From positions 145,080,001-145,144,000 of the forward strand of contig NC_042999.1 in the NCBI RefSeq assembly GCF_006345805.1: 64,000 bases of DNA, in the 5' to 3' direction. Both the position numbers and the translations under genes were made by a program. The stretch comes from Octopus sinensis. Its lineage: Eukaryota. The notes under the pieces are model-generated. The model was not told the DNA's origin, did no database searches, and saw only the letters and a program-made list of their open reading frames with translations. This document shows, in pieces, positions 26,881-40,777 of this stretch (position 1 is the stretch's first letter; each line of letters starts with the position of its first letter).

Positions 26881-28078
26881 TTCTTCGTTTAAAGTGGTCT
26901 CAATTAAAATCTTCCTAAAAAATTTCATGTTAATTTATATTCCAAACACCTAAATATTTTACTAAATGTGCACATACATTCTCTATTTCATCTGTATTTT
27001 ATTCCACTCTTTCAATCAGTCTATATTCGTTTCCTGTCTCCCCAACATCTCTTGTTTTCTTTTCTTCCTTCTTCATCTATATTTCCTCTCCCTACTCAGT
27101 GTTTTCATTTTTACTCCAACCCAAGTTTTCTCCTTATCTACTCTCTCTCCACTTTATGTTCCATATTTGATTTAGTCTCCTGCCATTTATTTTCTTTAAG
27201 CCACACCTACTTTTCATACTTGTTTAATTCCCTTCCTTTAATTTGAAATCCCACCCCCAGTAACTTTCTGCCCCATCTGTTATTTTCTTCTCTTTCTCTT
27301 CTTTCCCCCTTTCTTTTTCTTCTTTCCCCCTTTTTCTTCTTTCTCTTTTCATATTCATAAGTCAGTACACTTACCAAATTTTTTCTTCAAATATATAAAC
27401 TATATACTTATATCAAAACATTCACATACAAATTTGCCAAAAATAAAATGTCATGAAATTTCTTTTGTATGCTGTAAAACCAGTTTTTCTTACTAGATAA
27501 TCTGTTTTATTTTTCTGACTATAATAATAATCATAATAATAATAATAATAATCGTAATAATAATAATAATATATATGGATAAAACAAAAAAAAAAAAAGA
27601 TTATAAGGCAAGAATGAGATTAGAAATTGAAATACAGGGTGGAAGAAGCATCGGAAAATAAATGAAACAATATCAAAGAGTGTGTACCCTGAAAATAAAT
27701 TTGTGAAAGGAAAAGAGATTGGAAAAGCTCTAGCATTTTGATTATGCCTTTTGTGAAAGAAATGTAAAGTAGTAAGAGGAGAAAAAGAAATAGGAGTGAT
27801 ATAAAATTTATATGACTACATTGCTGGTTTGATGTAAAAAGGAAGTGAGATAGTAGAACTGGAAGTGGAGACACAATTTGGGTAAGAGTGAGAGTAAGTG
27901 AGGAGAGAGGCGGGTAAGAGTGCAAAAAAAAGATACAGGTTATGTTAAAAAAGGAGAGAGAGAGAGAGTGTGTGTGTGTGAGAGAGCATATGATTGTTGT
28001 TTTTATGTAGTATAATGTAATATGGTTATCTCTATAGGTGTTAAAAAGCATTTAATATGAATTAGACATATATAGTTT

Positions 28079-28515
28079 GAGCGGCTAACTGGCTTCCGTG
28101 CCAGTGGCATGTAGGAGGCACCATTCGAGCGGGATCGAGTAGGGTGCTAAGAGCACCATCTGAGTGTGATTGCTGCTAGAGCGGCTAACTGGCTTCTGTG
28201 CTGGTGGCATGTAGGAGGCACCATTCAAGCGGGATCATTACCAGCATCGCCTTACTGGCACCTGTGCCGTTGGCATGTGTAAAAAAATTCGAGCAAGTTC
28301 GTTGCCAGTACCGCCTGACTTTCCCCTGTGCTGGTGGCACGTAAAAGCACCCACTACACTCTGAGTGGTTGGCGTTAGGAAGGACATCCAGCTGTAGAAC
28401 CTCTGCCAGATCAAGACTGGAGCCTGGAGCAGCCATCTGGTTCGCCAGCCCACAGTCAAACCATCCAACCCATGCTAGAATGGAAAGCGGATGTTAAACG
28501 ACAATGATGATGATG
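28079..28515 (+). mobile_element. RTE-tail short element (family C variant) with a duplicated 5' unit
   Basis: gagcggctaactggcttc.gtgc..gtggcatgtaggaggcaccattc occurs twice, then the conserved tail. Related copies at 30748-31037, 44516-44800, 48975-49160 and 52100-52310 (+) and 51380-51600 (-). Confidence 0.7.
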
Positions 28516-28984
28516 ATTGTAGTTGCTTGATCAACTAATAGCATTTCAGTATTTTACAAGTTGAATATTCCATAGGCATGTGTATCCTTAACACTTTAGC
28601 ATTCACATAATTCTCTGAAAGTTAATGCCTATTCATTCATATTGTTTTAAAATAAATCAGGCATTATCTTGTAGCTTTGAAAGGCAGCAAGCTGGCAGAA
28701 ATGTTAGCACACCGGGAGAAATGCTTAGTGGTATTTCGTCTGTCTTTACATTCTGAGTTCAAATTCTCCTGAGGTTGACTTTGCCTTTCATCCTTTTGGA
28801 GTTGATAAATTAAGCATGAAGAACTCATGAAGTCTGGGTTGTGGTTTGCACAGTCCAGTATGTCCTGGGCAATTTCCACGCAGAGTTACTTCTGTACCAT
28901 AGGAATGAATTTTGTGAACACTCTCTTCATACACAAATCCACTGTTAAAATGGAATGCACTGATCCTGTGCTTATTCCCACTTG

Positions 28985-29720
28985 CTGCACCAAATGTAAG
29001 CTATGGACACATAAGAGATGCAGATTATCAGATAAGGACACCTTTGTGTGCGGCAGATATGCAAGAACAATAAGCACTAAGAGCTCACAGGACTTAGACT
29101 TTCTCAAATATCCAGAAGGCTCTCTTGAGGAAGTAGTTTCTTTTACTTAGGTGACCAAATTAGCAATGGACATGGCTGCTCTGAAAGTATTGTTTCTAGA
29201 ATATGAATAGGATGGAGAAAGTTCAGAGAGATACTACCTCTGTTGGCAACAAATAGACTTTCTCTCAGAGTGAAAGGTAGATTGTATGATGCTTGTGTGC
29301 AAATGGCTATACTCCATGTTAGTGAGACATGGGCTCTGAATGCAAAGGACATGCATAGACTAGATAGGAATAAAAGCAGTATACTCCGCTGGATGTGCAG
29401 CACCAATGTGCATGAGTGACAAAGCGCAAATGTATTGAATGAAAAGTTGGACATAAGAGGACTTCGTTGGTGTGGATGCCAACATGGACAATAGACATTA
29501 AATGATATGATGTGTATGAATAGAGATGGCTGTATAAAGAAGTGCTGGTCATTGAAAGTGGAGGACATCTGTGGAAGTGGGAGATCTAGGAAGACACTGG
29601 AGGCATGGAAATGGATAAGGACCAATCTCAGGATGTGGGGGCTCATGGAGGAAATGAAAATGGACCAAGATGTCTGGTGATATGAGATTCTAGAGAAGAC
29701 TTGCCCATGCCAGTGAACCT
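28985..29720 (+). mobile_element. RTE LINE 3' fragment, same family as 7052-9257
   Basis: CTKCKLWTHKRC, ttacttaggtgaccaaattagc, ctctctcagagtgaaaggtagattgtatgatgc and WCGC homology, collinear with 8140-8830. Confidence 0.8.
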
Positions 29721-30200
29721 GAGTCCTAGAAGCATTGTGTTCCACCCACACGTAACTAAAAATTTTCACACACCCTACTCCAACAAACCAAACTACATTG
29801 CGATTTTTCTTCTTTTCCTTACATTTCCTCTTCATACACTATGATTATCTCCCATCCCCCCCAATCCAGCTCTCACTACCCTATTCGCTGTATTATTGCT
29901 TCTCCCTGCCCCCCCCTCTATACTCAGATTCTCACCAGTCACAACATTCCCCACTCCCATTACCTACTCGTGACTTCTTGGTAATACTCTGCCAGCAACT
30001 GCCACTGTTCATCTCTCTCTTCCTCGCTTTACCAACCCATCTCTACCTTGATTCCTGTTCCTTGCGAGTATACTCTGGCATTTATTGCCATCCCTCTCCT
30101 GCTCTTGCTGTCTCCTACTTTCTCTCTCTCTTCCCTCTAGCTGAGTAATCATTTATCTCCTCTACAGCAACAAACCTGTTTCTTCCCTCATTCTTAACTC

Positions 30201-30545
30201 TCGCTCTCCTTGTCTCGCTCTCCTTGTCTCGCTCTCCCTGTCTCGCTCTCCCTGTCTCGCTCTCCCTGTCTCGCTCTCCCCGTCTCGCTCTCCCCGTCTC
30301 GCTCTCCCCGTCTCGCTCTCCCCGTCTCGCTCTCCTTGTCTCGCTCTCCCTGTCTCGCTCTCCCTGTCTCGCTCTCCCTGTCTCGCTCTCCTTGTCTCGC
30401 TCGCCTTGTCTCGCCCTCTTTCTCTCGCCCTCTTTCTCTCGCCCTCTTTCTCTCGCCCTCTTTCTCTCGCCCTCTTTCTCTCGCCCTCTTTCTCTCGCCC
30501 TCTTTCTCTCGCCCGCTTTCTCTCGCCCGCTTTCTCTCGCTCTCT
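30201..30545. repeat. 14-bp minisatellite with two variant blocks
   Basis: About 14 units of tcgctctcc(c/t)(t/c)gtc followed by about 10 units of tcgccctctttctc. It explains the low-complexity ORFs at 30115-30874. Confidence 0.9.
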
Positions 30546-31247
30546 TCCTCTCGCACTCTTTCACCCTCTTTCTCTTGCTCTTTTCCTCGCTCTCTCTGGC
30601 TGGTTACCCATGTACCTCCTCTGCAACAAGACATCTGTTTCTGTCTCTCTGTCACAGCCTAACCTTTCATCATCTGACACAAGATCATTTCTTCCAATGC
30701 CCCCTCCCCTCTCCTCAAAGATTATTTGTCTTACAAAGTCACTTGGTGACCCGGCCAGTGCAGGTGCCACTTAAAAAGCATTCAGTCCACACTGTAAAGT
30801 GGTTGGCAGTTGGAAGGGCATCCAGCTATAAAAACCATGCCAAAACTGACCTTGCCTGTGCAAGTGCCATGTAAAAAGCACTCTATGGAGTGATTGGTGT
30901 TAGGAAGAGCATTCACTCATAAAATCCATGCTAAAACAGACACAAAAGCAAAGCGCAGGCTCCTGCCCGGCCAGCTCCTATTAAACTGTCCAACCCATGC
31001 CAGCATGGAAGGAGGACATGAAACAATGATGATGATGATATAAAAATAGGTCAGTTAATTAGTTGTAGTTAGTGAACACACCACACACACTCTCTCTCTT
31101 CCCCTCTCTCTCTCTCTTTCCTATTCAGTCACAAACTGTGTACACTTGCAATTTATATCACTTCCAGAGGAGAGGTTAGCAATTAACTTCACTGGGTCCA
31201 GAAATGGAGGTTTTCTGAGTTACTAGACCACCATGTTTTGCTATTCT

Positions 31248-31298
<51 letters not shown>

Positions 31299-34200
31299 TT
31301 ACACACATAAACACCTCTAACTCAAGTACTTTTTGTCTTTGTTATACTCCATCTGTTTCTGGAAGAGAAAGCTCTCCAGACCTCAGACTTAATTACCGTT
31401 ATTTTCAACATTTGAATTAAATTGGACTTTTCTCTATTGTTATATTTTTGTATTGAACTGAAAAATAAAATTGAAGCAGTAATTCCACATATGTAGCCCT
31501 GCTGTTACACTGGTAAAAGAAATGTTCAAATCATTAAAATTTTGTTGTGTATGGGGTTGGAGTAGTGGAGGTTGTGGTGCTATAGATTTTTTTTGTGTGT
31601 GTGTGTGAGTGTGAGGCTGTAGTCATCTGTGCATATGTATCTGTTTTTGCTTGTGCTTGAGATCTGTAGTTTTGTATGTTTGAGTGTGTGTATGAAAACA
31701 TCAGTTTATAAAATGGAGCAAATTAGTGTACTGAATTGTCTCCCCTTCTCCCTCTTCAGATAAACATTAACTTATTTTATTTTGTGAATTTTATTTTAAA
31801 TAATGCACTGAAAACAAAATGCAAGTCGGTAAAGAAAATGCAGATGCTTAAGGCCTTTGCAGGTGTTTCCAACCAAGTGAGATTGATGCAGTTCATGATT
31901 TTAGTTTGAACATCTGCCTGTAAGAAAAACATGGCTGGGGACAGAATTCCGGACTGTCATTTTTGTGGAGAAAAACGATTAGCAAAATATTTAGTGCAAC
32001 ACCAGGCAGTTAAGATACGTTAGGATTGGTAGAAGAAGAGGGAAAGACAGGTTTGGTGGGAGTCTGAGGAAGAGTACCCAGCTAGATTGTTTAAAGGAAC
32101 AGAGATCATTGCAGTATCAATAGGAGAGAGAGAGAGGGGGGGGGTGAAGAGAAGATACAGCATATCTGTGAGCTAGTGGTTAAAAATTTGGTGATTGAAT
32201 CATTGCCAATTGCTAGAATAACTATTTTAAAAAGATTTGTAATGTTTGAGTTTCTACCAACTCACATGATCTTAATAAATTTCAGTGTCAATCTTTCTCC
32301 AACCTATGTCATATTTTATTCTGTATTTAAATATTTGAGATGAATTTTCATTAAGATTACAATTGTTTTCTAATTATTTTCTTTACTTTTACTGTATATT
32401 CTTACTATATATATATCTGTTTAGCATATGTTTTGACTGGTTTGATTCCTATTGTCATCAAATGTTTTAATTCTGGGAGATGTATACAACTGCTCCACTA
32501 TACTGCTAGTCTTAACTATGCACATCCAGGAACAAAACATCTGTTGACAGTCAGAGAATGAATCCATCAAAAAGTATTGTAAATGTAAGCATTCTAAAAT
32601 GAGGTTAATGGTCTGTTTTATTGTGTTATTTTATTATTGTCTTGTCAGTTGATGTGCATTTCTCATATCTGTCTCATCAGTCTGGACTGCAATTTGGTAG
32701 AATCATTAGGGCATTGTCATGATGCCTAAGATATTTAGTTAGAGCTCATTACATACTAAGTTCAAACCATGCCAAGGTCAACTTTGCTTTTCATCTTTCT
32801 GGAGCTAGTAAAATAGTACAGTCAGATGATTTAACAATCTTATAGGACATCCTGGATATGAATGGAACTATGAAAGAAAAGAATGTCCCCAAAGAACAAA
32901 TAAAAGATAGAAGTGCAAATGTAAATGCTCTCTAAGTCCTTGTATAGGAAGCAAGTCTACCACAGGTAACATTCTGAGATGGTGTAGTACCTATACCTGA
33001 CAGCTAGGTATACTGACACAATATAGAATAGTGTTCTGCTTAGAAACACAATACAATATTTGTAGTCAATTTGAACTCATAGTCTATGAGTAGGCAGTCA
33101 AATACTTGTCTGCTCAGCCACATCTATCTCTATTCATTCTACCAACCCACTGTCCTATTATTTGTGGTTGATGTTTTGTGTTGGTTAAACCTAATTAAGC
33201 AGATCTATCATCAGTGGAATTCAAACTGTAACTCTTTTAAGACAATTTTTTATGATTTGTCCCTAGGAAGATATTAAATTTCATTCACTGATGAGGCTCT
33301 AGCTCCAGAGTTCAGGAATGTGAACCCACCTTAGTGATCACTACTTTTGTGGCTGCTCTGGTCCAGCTGACAGTACCTGTTCAGACTCCCAGTTAGAGGT
33401 CAAATAACAGAAGGTGGTTCTGTGGCTAAGGCACACAAGATTCAGAGGAGGGCTAGCCCTTGGGCATGTGACATACAGGCCTATAGTTATGTAGACATCC
33501 TGATATCACTTAAACCAATCTCTTTGCCTCAGGGTTAAATTGGCCTGTGCCCTCAAGAGTAATCTTGGGAGAGCAAGAGACTAACAGGAAGTAATAAAAA
33601 AACCACTACAGCCTCTTTCACAAGAATTATTAACCTGCAAACTTTGGCATAGTGGTCTAAGCTTGTTAATGCTTGTAGGTATGGCATATAAACTGAGAAG
33701 GGAGAAGCTGCGATTGAGGGAGATGTAGCTGCTATTTCTTGTTAGTTGAGTAGCCTCTTCGAGATTCTCTTATTTATGAGCTACTTAATTCTTTACCATA
33801 TTCTAAAATTAAGTTCCATAAGGTCATTAAGTTGGAAACCCAACCAAGGTCTCTTTGTGCCTTGATGACCATTTCTGAGCTTTTGAAACTCTGTTCAATT
33901 ATTTATTAACAAGTAAATCATTAAGTAAACATTCTGCTAACTTGTATGTTTATTAGAGAAGAAATACTGGCACATGTACTCTACAACTGACAAGGTGGGA
34001 TCATTCCATCTTGAGAGTTGGAGATGGAGGGAAAGCTTGTTTTATCTATTTAATGGTACTCTTTAAAGCTTAGCACTATTGTGAGAGGGTGCTTAGAAGC
34101 CCCTGTGGGAGATACTTAGATACTTATCCACCAGAATTGGCCCTGGCCATGAATAACTTAATTGAACCACTTGGGATATGTATAGTTTTCAACCTTTTTG

Positions 34201-35499
34201 TTACTTAAAATTTACTCTGATATCTCATGGAAAATTTTGTTGATTTTTAACTTGTTAGTTTCTGGGTGCCTTTCTTTCATTTCATTTTTTTTTTAGTTAT
34301 TGTATATTTGTTAGTCACCTCTTTGGGATAGCTGTTGTGATGTGTGTGTTATTGAAGACAGAAGTGATGGGACATGAGGGCGAGTATAGAAAAGGGCAGG
34401 TATTTATAATGAAAAAAGGAAAAAAAGAAAATATAAGTAAATGAACAGTGCAGAGAGGCTAGACTTTCAGGTTTCTTTCCATTTTGTTTTTAACTACTTG
34501 TTCTTAGCTAGGACTTTTTCTTTCTTGCTCTCCCCCATCAGCCCCTCTCTTGTGAGAGGGTTAGGGTTTATGAATAATGTTTTCCTGCCACCTGCTACCT
34601 CTTTAAGTGTTTACATATATAGTGGTATTGATAGTGTGTCTGTGTATTTATACACTGTCATGTGATTGTGTATGTGTGAGACTATTCATGTGTCTGCCTG
34701 TGTTTATGCCTGTTTATGTATGTGTAAGTGTTACTGTGTATATGCATGTGTGAGTTATGTTACTCACACAAAATAATTCTTATTAAATTACTATGTATGT
34801 CTTGTTTGTATGTAGATATATCTGTCACTGTCTATCTTTGCTTGCATGCATGTTACTTTTCTTTACTTATTTGAATTCTTCCTCTGGGCAAGAAGCAGCT
34901 TTCTTACAAACACACTAAGTTCCACCACTGGAATTTAGATAGGAGAAAGGATGAGTTGAACTTTGCAAAAGTCTTGTATTTTGTTTTTCCTGTTTCACTT
35001 ACAGATTGTATTTGTAAAGTACATGGTCATTTCTTTACTTGAAAACCCTAGCCTTTCAACATTGCCACTTAGACATTTTACTAACATAGCTGAGTGCACT
35101 TGTCGTCATAAGTATAAATGTGAATATGTAATTTAGATAAAGAAATTGAAGGTATTAAAGCATATATGTACTACCTTTCTTACTGATTTTTAGTTGGAAT
35201 TTCATAACTATCTACTTCATCTGAATTGCAAAACCATAACCTTTGAAATATGATTTGAAGTATTTATACCAAAAGACCAAGAGTGGATTTGATAGATGGA
35301 AACTGATAGAAACCTGTTACATGTATATATAAGTGTGAGATTGAAGAAATTGTAATTCATTGAGTAAATGTTTATTCAGTTAATTAGATATGTACAAGAG
35401 CCCTCTGCCAGCTGGCAAGTAATTGCACAAACTTTTTTTTAAGGTGATGACAATAGTCCTTCAACTAATCCTCTTGCTCTTCCTTTCAACTCCACAAGT

Positions 35500-36310
35500 T
35501 TAGAACTGTTACAATCACTGCCAGCACATTGGAAAGTAGGATGAATGAGGTTATTGAAATGATAGAACAGAGACATGTGGACTTGTGTTGTGTGCAAGTA
35601 GTAATGTGGAGGATAGTCTCAACTGATTCCTAATGGTTAAGGAACACAGATACTTATTCTTTTAGATAGGCATCCGTAACAGGGTAGGTGGTGTAAGCTT
35701 ACGTTTGGTAGAGAAATGAATATATAAAGTAATTGAAGTAGTCAGTGTGATAGGATAGTTAAGCTGACACTAGTCTTGCATAAATCAACAGTTACATATG
35801 TCTATGCATATGACTCACAATCTGTATTGGCAGATGATCAGAAAGACCACTTCTATGAGGTCATTTTACAAACTTCCTTGATGATGAATGACTGATTTTA
35901 TGATTATTGTGGTTAGTGGCTTCAACAAACTTGTTGGGCAGCTCTCCAATGTATTCTAGTGGGTACATGTAGATTATGGCTTTGGCTCTAGAAATGAGGA
36001 GGAAGCAAGGCTGCTGGAGTTTTGTGTTGAAAATGATTTGATGATTTGCAACACTAACTTAAGGAAATCAGCCAGCTGCCTGATTACCTATCAGTCTGCT
36101 AGGTATGCTAGCCAGATTGATTAGGTTTCAACCAGAAAATGGAATAGACAGGTGCTTGTACATGCAAGGTTTTTTCCATGTGAGGAGCAAAGAATGTACA
36201 ATCCAGTATAGGTTAGTGGTTAGTGATGTCAGATTCAGAGAAATAAACCAGTCTGGAAAAAAGGTATAGAAGCTCAAAGACCCAGTAAATAATCAGAAAT
36301 TTAGAGATAT
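35500..36310 (+). mobile_element. Decayed RTE LINE APE-endonuclease fragment
   Basis: Translates (with stops) to TLESRMNEVIEMIEQRHVDLCCVQ, VYAYDSQ..L.DDQKDHFYE, GVHVDYGFGSRNEEG, NDLMICNT..RK and ITYQS..YASQID, which are APE motifs of RTE ORF2. Confidence 0.75.
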
Positions 36311-37537
36311 AGCATTGTGCTTGTGCTGAACATATGTGAAAACCAAACCCCTTGTGTGTCTGTGTATCTTTGTATGTCTTTCAACATAGAGGTAACATAA
36401 CAGAGACACTGAAAGATTTTCACCATAATGGCAGGGTGTTGAGAGAGAAATTCAGTGAGAGAGAGTGTATGTGTGTGTGAAAGATAGAATTAAAATTTGT
36501 TTCAAGAAAAAGCAGGTTGTTGAGAGAGAAATACAGAGGGAGAGATAGATTGTGTGTGAAAGATAGATAGGTAGTGTTATCACCATAGTAACTAACAAGA
36601 CTTTCACTATATAACAGTCTACTATTAAAAGAAGGTACATGCATAATTAACAAATATTTTTGCTGGCCGTGTAGTGATGGGTAAGACCTAGTACACTATT
36701 AAACTATTCTGCATTGTAACCACTATGCTTAACCCACAAGATAACCAAAAACATTTAAAAAAACTTTATAGCCTGGCAAAGCCAGTAACTGCCAAAGCAC
36801 TGAAGACACTGTCAGCTACTTGTAATACACACTCACATAATAAATCTTTTTTTCAGTTTAAGATATGCTCTCTCTCTCTCTCTCACACACACACATACAC
36901 AGCACACAGAGGCAATGGTTGATGACAGTCAAGGGGTTTGGTTTTCACATGTGTCCAGCGCAAGGACAATGTATATTTATAAATGTGGGGTTACTATCCC
37001 ATCTCTCCATTATACTGTTAATGGTGTTAATTGTATTGGCAGAGTGGTGTGGTAGTGGATTCAACAATGGACTGATGTATTTTTTTGGGACAGTAACTTT
37101 TTTAACTGGTCATGTTTGGAGGTATTATTGTGATCTCATATCTCTTCCTGGTCTGAAAGATAGGCTTGGTACAAGGAAAATGGAGCAAAGAGACTTTATT
37201 GTTGTCAGGATAGATTGAGTAATGGTGGGTTATTCTTCTTAATGGGAAAGGAGAAGGAGGCAGCAGTCATGGGATCAATTGTGCTTGATTTTAGTGAAGG
37301 GATAATAACAAGGATGATCATTGTTTCTAATATAGGCACAAGGTCTGAAATTTTTGGGGAGTGGGTGAGTCGATTATATCAACACCATGGCTTAACTGGT
37401 GCTTATTTTATTGACCTGAAAAGGATGTAAGTCAGAATGGAGCTTGGCAGAATCTGAACTGACAATGTAAAGCTTGATGGAATTCCACTAAGTATTTTGC
37501 CTGGCATTCTAACGATTCTGCCAGCCCATCACCTTAA

Positions 37538-37759
37538 CCCTTTTGTTACTGTATTTATATTGAGGCGCTCTGTGTTTCTTTCGATTAATTTTAAATATAA
37601 CAAAGAATTTAGTAAAATAACTTGGTTATCATGAAACTGGTGTTAGAAACATAAATTGCAACTAAGGTTTGTTGGTAGATTTTAATTCAAAACTTATGCA
37701 AACAAGACATTTGTACGACAGAGCCAGAGGCAGTTTCAGCTGGGTTGGTATCGAAAGTA
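37538..37759. mobile_element. piggyBac-like MITE (TTAA-flanked)
   Basis: Left end ttaa|cccttttgttac and degenerate right end gtatcgaaagta|ttaa. It sits between two minus-strand family A SINEs. Confidence 0.5.
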
Positions 37760-38106
37760 TTAATGATGATAATAATAATCCTTTTCTCTTCTACTATAGG
37801 CACAAGGCCTGAAATTTGGGGGAAGGGTTATTTGATCACATTGACCCCAGTACATAACATACTTATTTCACTGACTCCAAAAAGATGGAACGCAAAGTTG
37901 GCTTTGGCAGAATTTGAACTCAGAATGTAAAGACAAAGGAAACATTGCTAAGCATCTTGTTTGGCATGCTAACTATTCTGGCAGCTCACCCCCCCCCCCT
38001 GATAATAATTTTGTATTAATAATTGTTGTTATCCATTTATTAAGTGTTTTTCATCAGAACTATTTTGCTTTGGTTTTACATATTTGTTTTGATTTCTCTG
38101 TTGTAG

Positions 38107-38224
38107 AATTTTATTCGAAATCATCCCGAGTGCACCTTAGTGGACCCATTAGAGAATGTATGTCGATTACTTAATCGTTATGAACAATACTTGCAAGTAC
38201 AGAAGTTGGAACTCTCTAGTAATG
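38107..38224 (+). CDS. ITPK1: ITPK1 coding exon (118 nt) NFIRNHPECTLVDPLENVCRLLNRYEQYLQVQKLELSSN(G)
   Basis: Acceptor tttctctgttgtag|, donor |gtgagt, phase 0 to phase 1. Aligns to human EYIDAHPETIVLDPLPAIRTLLDRSKSY with the R106 equivalent conserved. Confidence 0.95.
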
Positions 38225-38319
38225 GTGAGTATAAAAATTTCCATAATTGTTCTCAACACAGATGAGTAATCAATTAGTTTTGTTCTTTTAATCACAAGAT
38301 AGCCTTGGTCGTTTAAACC

Positions 38320-38587
38320 AGTGGTTAGTTCTCAACCATTTTCTATCTATTGACCCCTTGGAGTACTATTTTATTCTGGTGGACCCCCATAGCCAATCTA
38401 TGTTTAAAAACAGGAACTTCTTTCAAAATTCCTATGTGAAAGAAACTTAGCAGTTTCTTGCAATACATACAGCTAAAGCAAAAGTTTTTTAAAGGCTCTT
38501 AAAATACTATTGTGGATCCTCAGTTTACTCTTTTGTTGTGTGACCCCCTCAATCTTATAATGGACCCTCAAGGGCCATATCCACTGG
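38320..38587. mobile_element. Degenerate hAT-type MITE just downstream of the 118-nt exon
   Basis: Begins ccagtggttagttctcaacc (CAGTGGTTCTCAAC-like TIR), has internal ggacccc motifs and ends ccactgg. No clean TSD. Confidence 0.4.
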
Positions 38588-39977
38588 CCAAAGACATTCC
38601 AACTGTAACCAACATTTTTTTCTGCTGTGTGTGCTTCCTTTTCTTAAAACAGTGGCATGTGATACAAATAAGTGACTTCAGTGGTTGTATCAGTGGAGAA
38701 AACAGCAACAGTGTTTCTTCAAATTTTTAATAGTCTCAATATACAAAGTGATAGTCTTTTATACTTTTTTATCTTTTACTTGTTTCAGTCATTAGACTGC
38801 AACCATGCTGGGGCACTGCCTTGAATATTTAGCCAAATGAATTGAACCTGGTACTTATTCTATTGGCCCCTTTTGCCAAACTGCTAAGTAGGCGTAAACA
38901 CACCAACATCTGTTGTCAAATGGTGGTGGACAAACAGAAAAAAAAAAGACGTGTGCACACACACATGATGGACTTCTTTCAGTTTCTGACTACTAAATCC
39001 ACTCACAAGGCTTTGGTCAGCCTGAGGCTATAGTAGAATGCACTTGCCCAAGGCACCACACAATGGGACTGAACCTGGAACCATGTGATTGGGAAGCAAG
39101 TTTCTTACCACACAGCTATGCTTGTGCTGCTAAGTGCAATAGTTTTAGTTAAAAAAGATTTTCAAAAGAAATAATATGCAACATGGGTTTAGGTTTTAGT
39201 TGTAGGTCATTTTGCTTATTTCTGTTTGAGATCTTAGGAATAGAGCATGAAAACAGGGTCAAAGGTCTGATATTAATAACTACTTCTATCATCAAATAAC
39301 TGGAGCAAACAATTGTATTCTTTGCTAAAATTTGAGTGTAGGTAAATAAATATTCTTTTCTTGCTGTGGAAAGTGCAGGCATGACTGTATAGTTAAAACT
39401 TTGGCTGTGCAATCACATGGTTTTGGGTTCAATCCCACTGCATGGGATCTTGGGCGGGTGTCTTCTTTTATAGACTTAGTTTGAACAATGCTCTCTATAT
39501 GGAAGGCTGGTCAATGTGTATGTGCAAATGCATGTTTGTGTGTGTGTGTGTGTGTGTGTGTTGGCGCTTGTGTGTGTGCGTGTACATTTGTCACTACAGG
39601 TTTCCACATTGTCTCTGCTTAGGTAGCAGTGATGCTTATGTCCCTCATAATGTGTCTTATAGCTTGGTTTGATGTATGAAGACTAGTAGATATAATAACC
39701 TCTTTGAAAACAAGGGTTGGCAATAAGAAAGACAGTCAGCCATACAATACTGCCTCAAGAAGTCTTGCCCAACTTATGCAAGCTTGAGAAAAGTGGAGAA
39801 ATTATGATGTTGTTTTAGTGTGTCTTTTTTCTCGGTGACAAAAAAAAAAAAAAAAAGACCCCCCGCCCCCAACTACTGAATTCCTGAAAAAATATGAACG
39901 TAATGGAATTAGGAATTTGCCTAGTTTTGTACCTTGGGAAAGTCATACCAATAATATTGGTAATAAAGAAGTAATTA

Positions 39978-40602
39978 CACTTCTTTATTACTTATTTGTC
40001 AATTTGTTAACTATTTAACCAGTTGACTAATCAGTCGGTTAGGTTTGTCAAAGTCCTTTCGTTGCTATTCGCAACTCCATTAATGACATGCCATCATAAA
40101 TGGTGACAAAAATGCTTTAACAACCTAAATGATTGATTGACAATTGATTAGTTAAGAAGAAAAATGCTTTTCCTACAGTCAGTTATACAACAGATCACAT
40201 TTTAAATTATAACATTTAAATACAAAATAACAGAAAAAACAAAGATAAAAAAGGAAAAGAAAAAAAGTGGAGTGTAAGGCAACTGATGATGGAAGAGAAG
40301 GGACAGTGGGCTACACACACTGGAACAAATGATGTGCTCAGCTGCACCCTGCACTAATGACCATGATGGCGTTGCTGCAGAGAATGGTCAGTGATACTTG
40401 CTGCAGCAGTCACTCCATCTCGAGGTGCTCATTTCTCAGATGGGCCATTGTTATATCACAATTTTGCAGAAGAAATTGGTAGTATAGGGTCTGAGAATAT
40501 ATGATGTCTTAATGGCAAGCACCACAAACTGATAGCAACTGGTTCAGTCCCCCGTAATTAGTTAAATAGTTAACCAATTGACAAATAAATAATAAAGAAG
40601 TG
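39978..40602. mobile_element. MITE with ~44-bp terminal inverted repeats
   Basis: cacttctttattacttatttgtcaatttgttaactatttaacc versus gttaaatagttaaccaattgacaaataaataataaagaagtg. TA on the left flank suggests Tc1/mariner origin (inference). Confidence 0.7.
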
Positions 40603-40777
40603 AAATAGAACCGGTACATGTGTTTATCATTAGCGTAATGACCCTCTCAAAACTGCACAGAATATGTTTCAACACACCTGTTCTCATCAAGAATCTTACA
40701 AACTAAATACAAAAGCGACATTTGTCAAGTGATGTCAATCTTTAAGATGCTGTGCAGTTTGTTCAAACCTGAGATAA

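Noticed and set aside
30115-30874. Overlapping 116-216 aa ORFs rich in R/E or S/L/P
   Set aside because: Produced by the 14-bp minisatellite; no domain signal.
33288-33330. CTGATGAG motifs (here and at about 10994, 32674 and 50018) as possible hammerhead cores
   Set aside because: No properly placed stem II plus GAAA and no closing stem I or III could be built.
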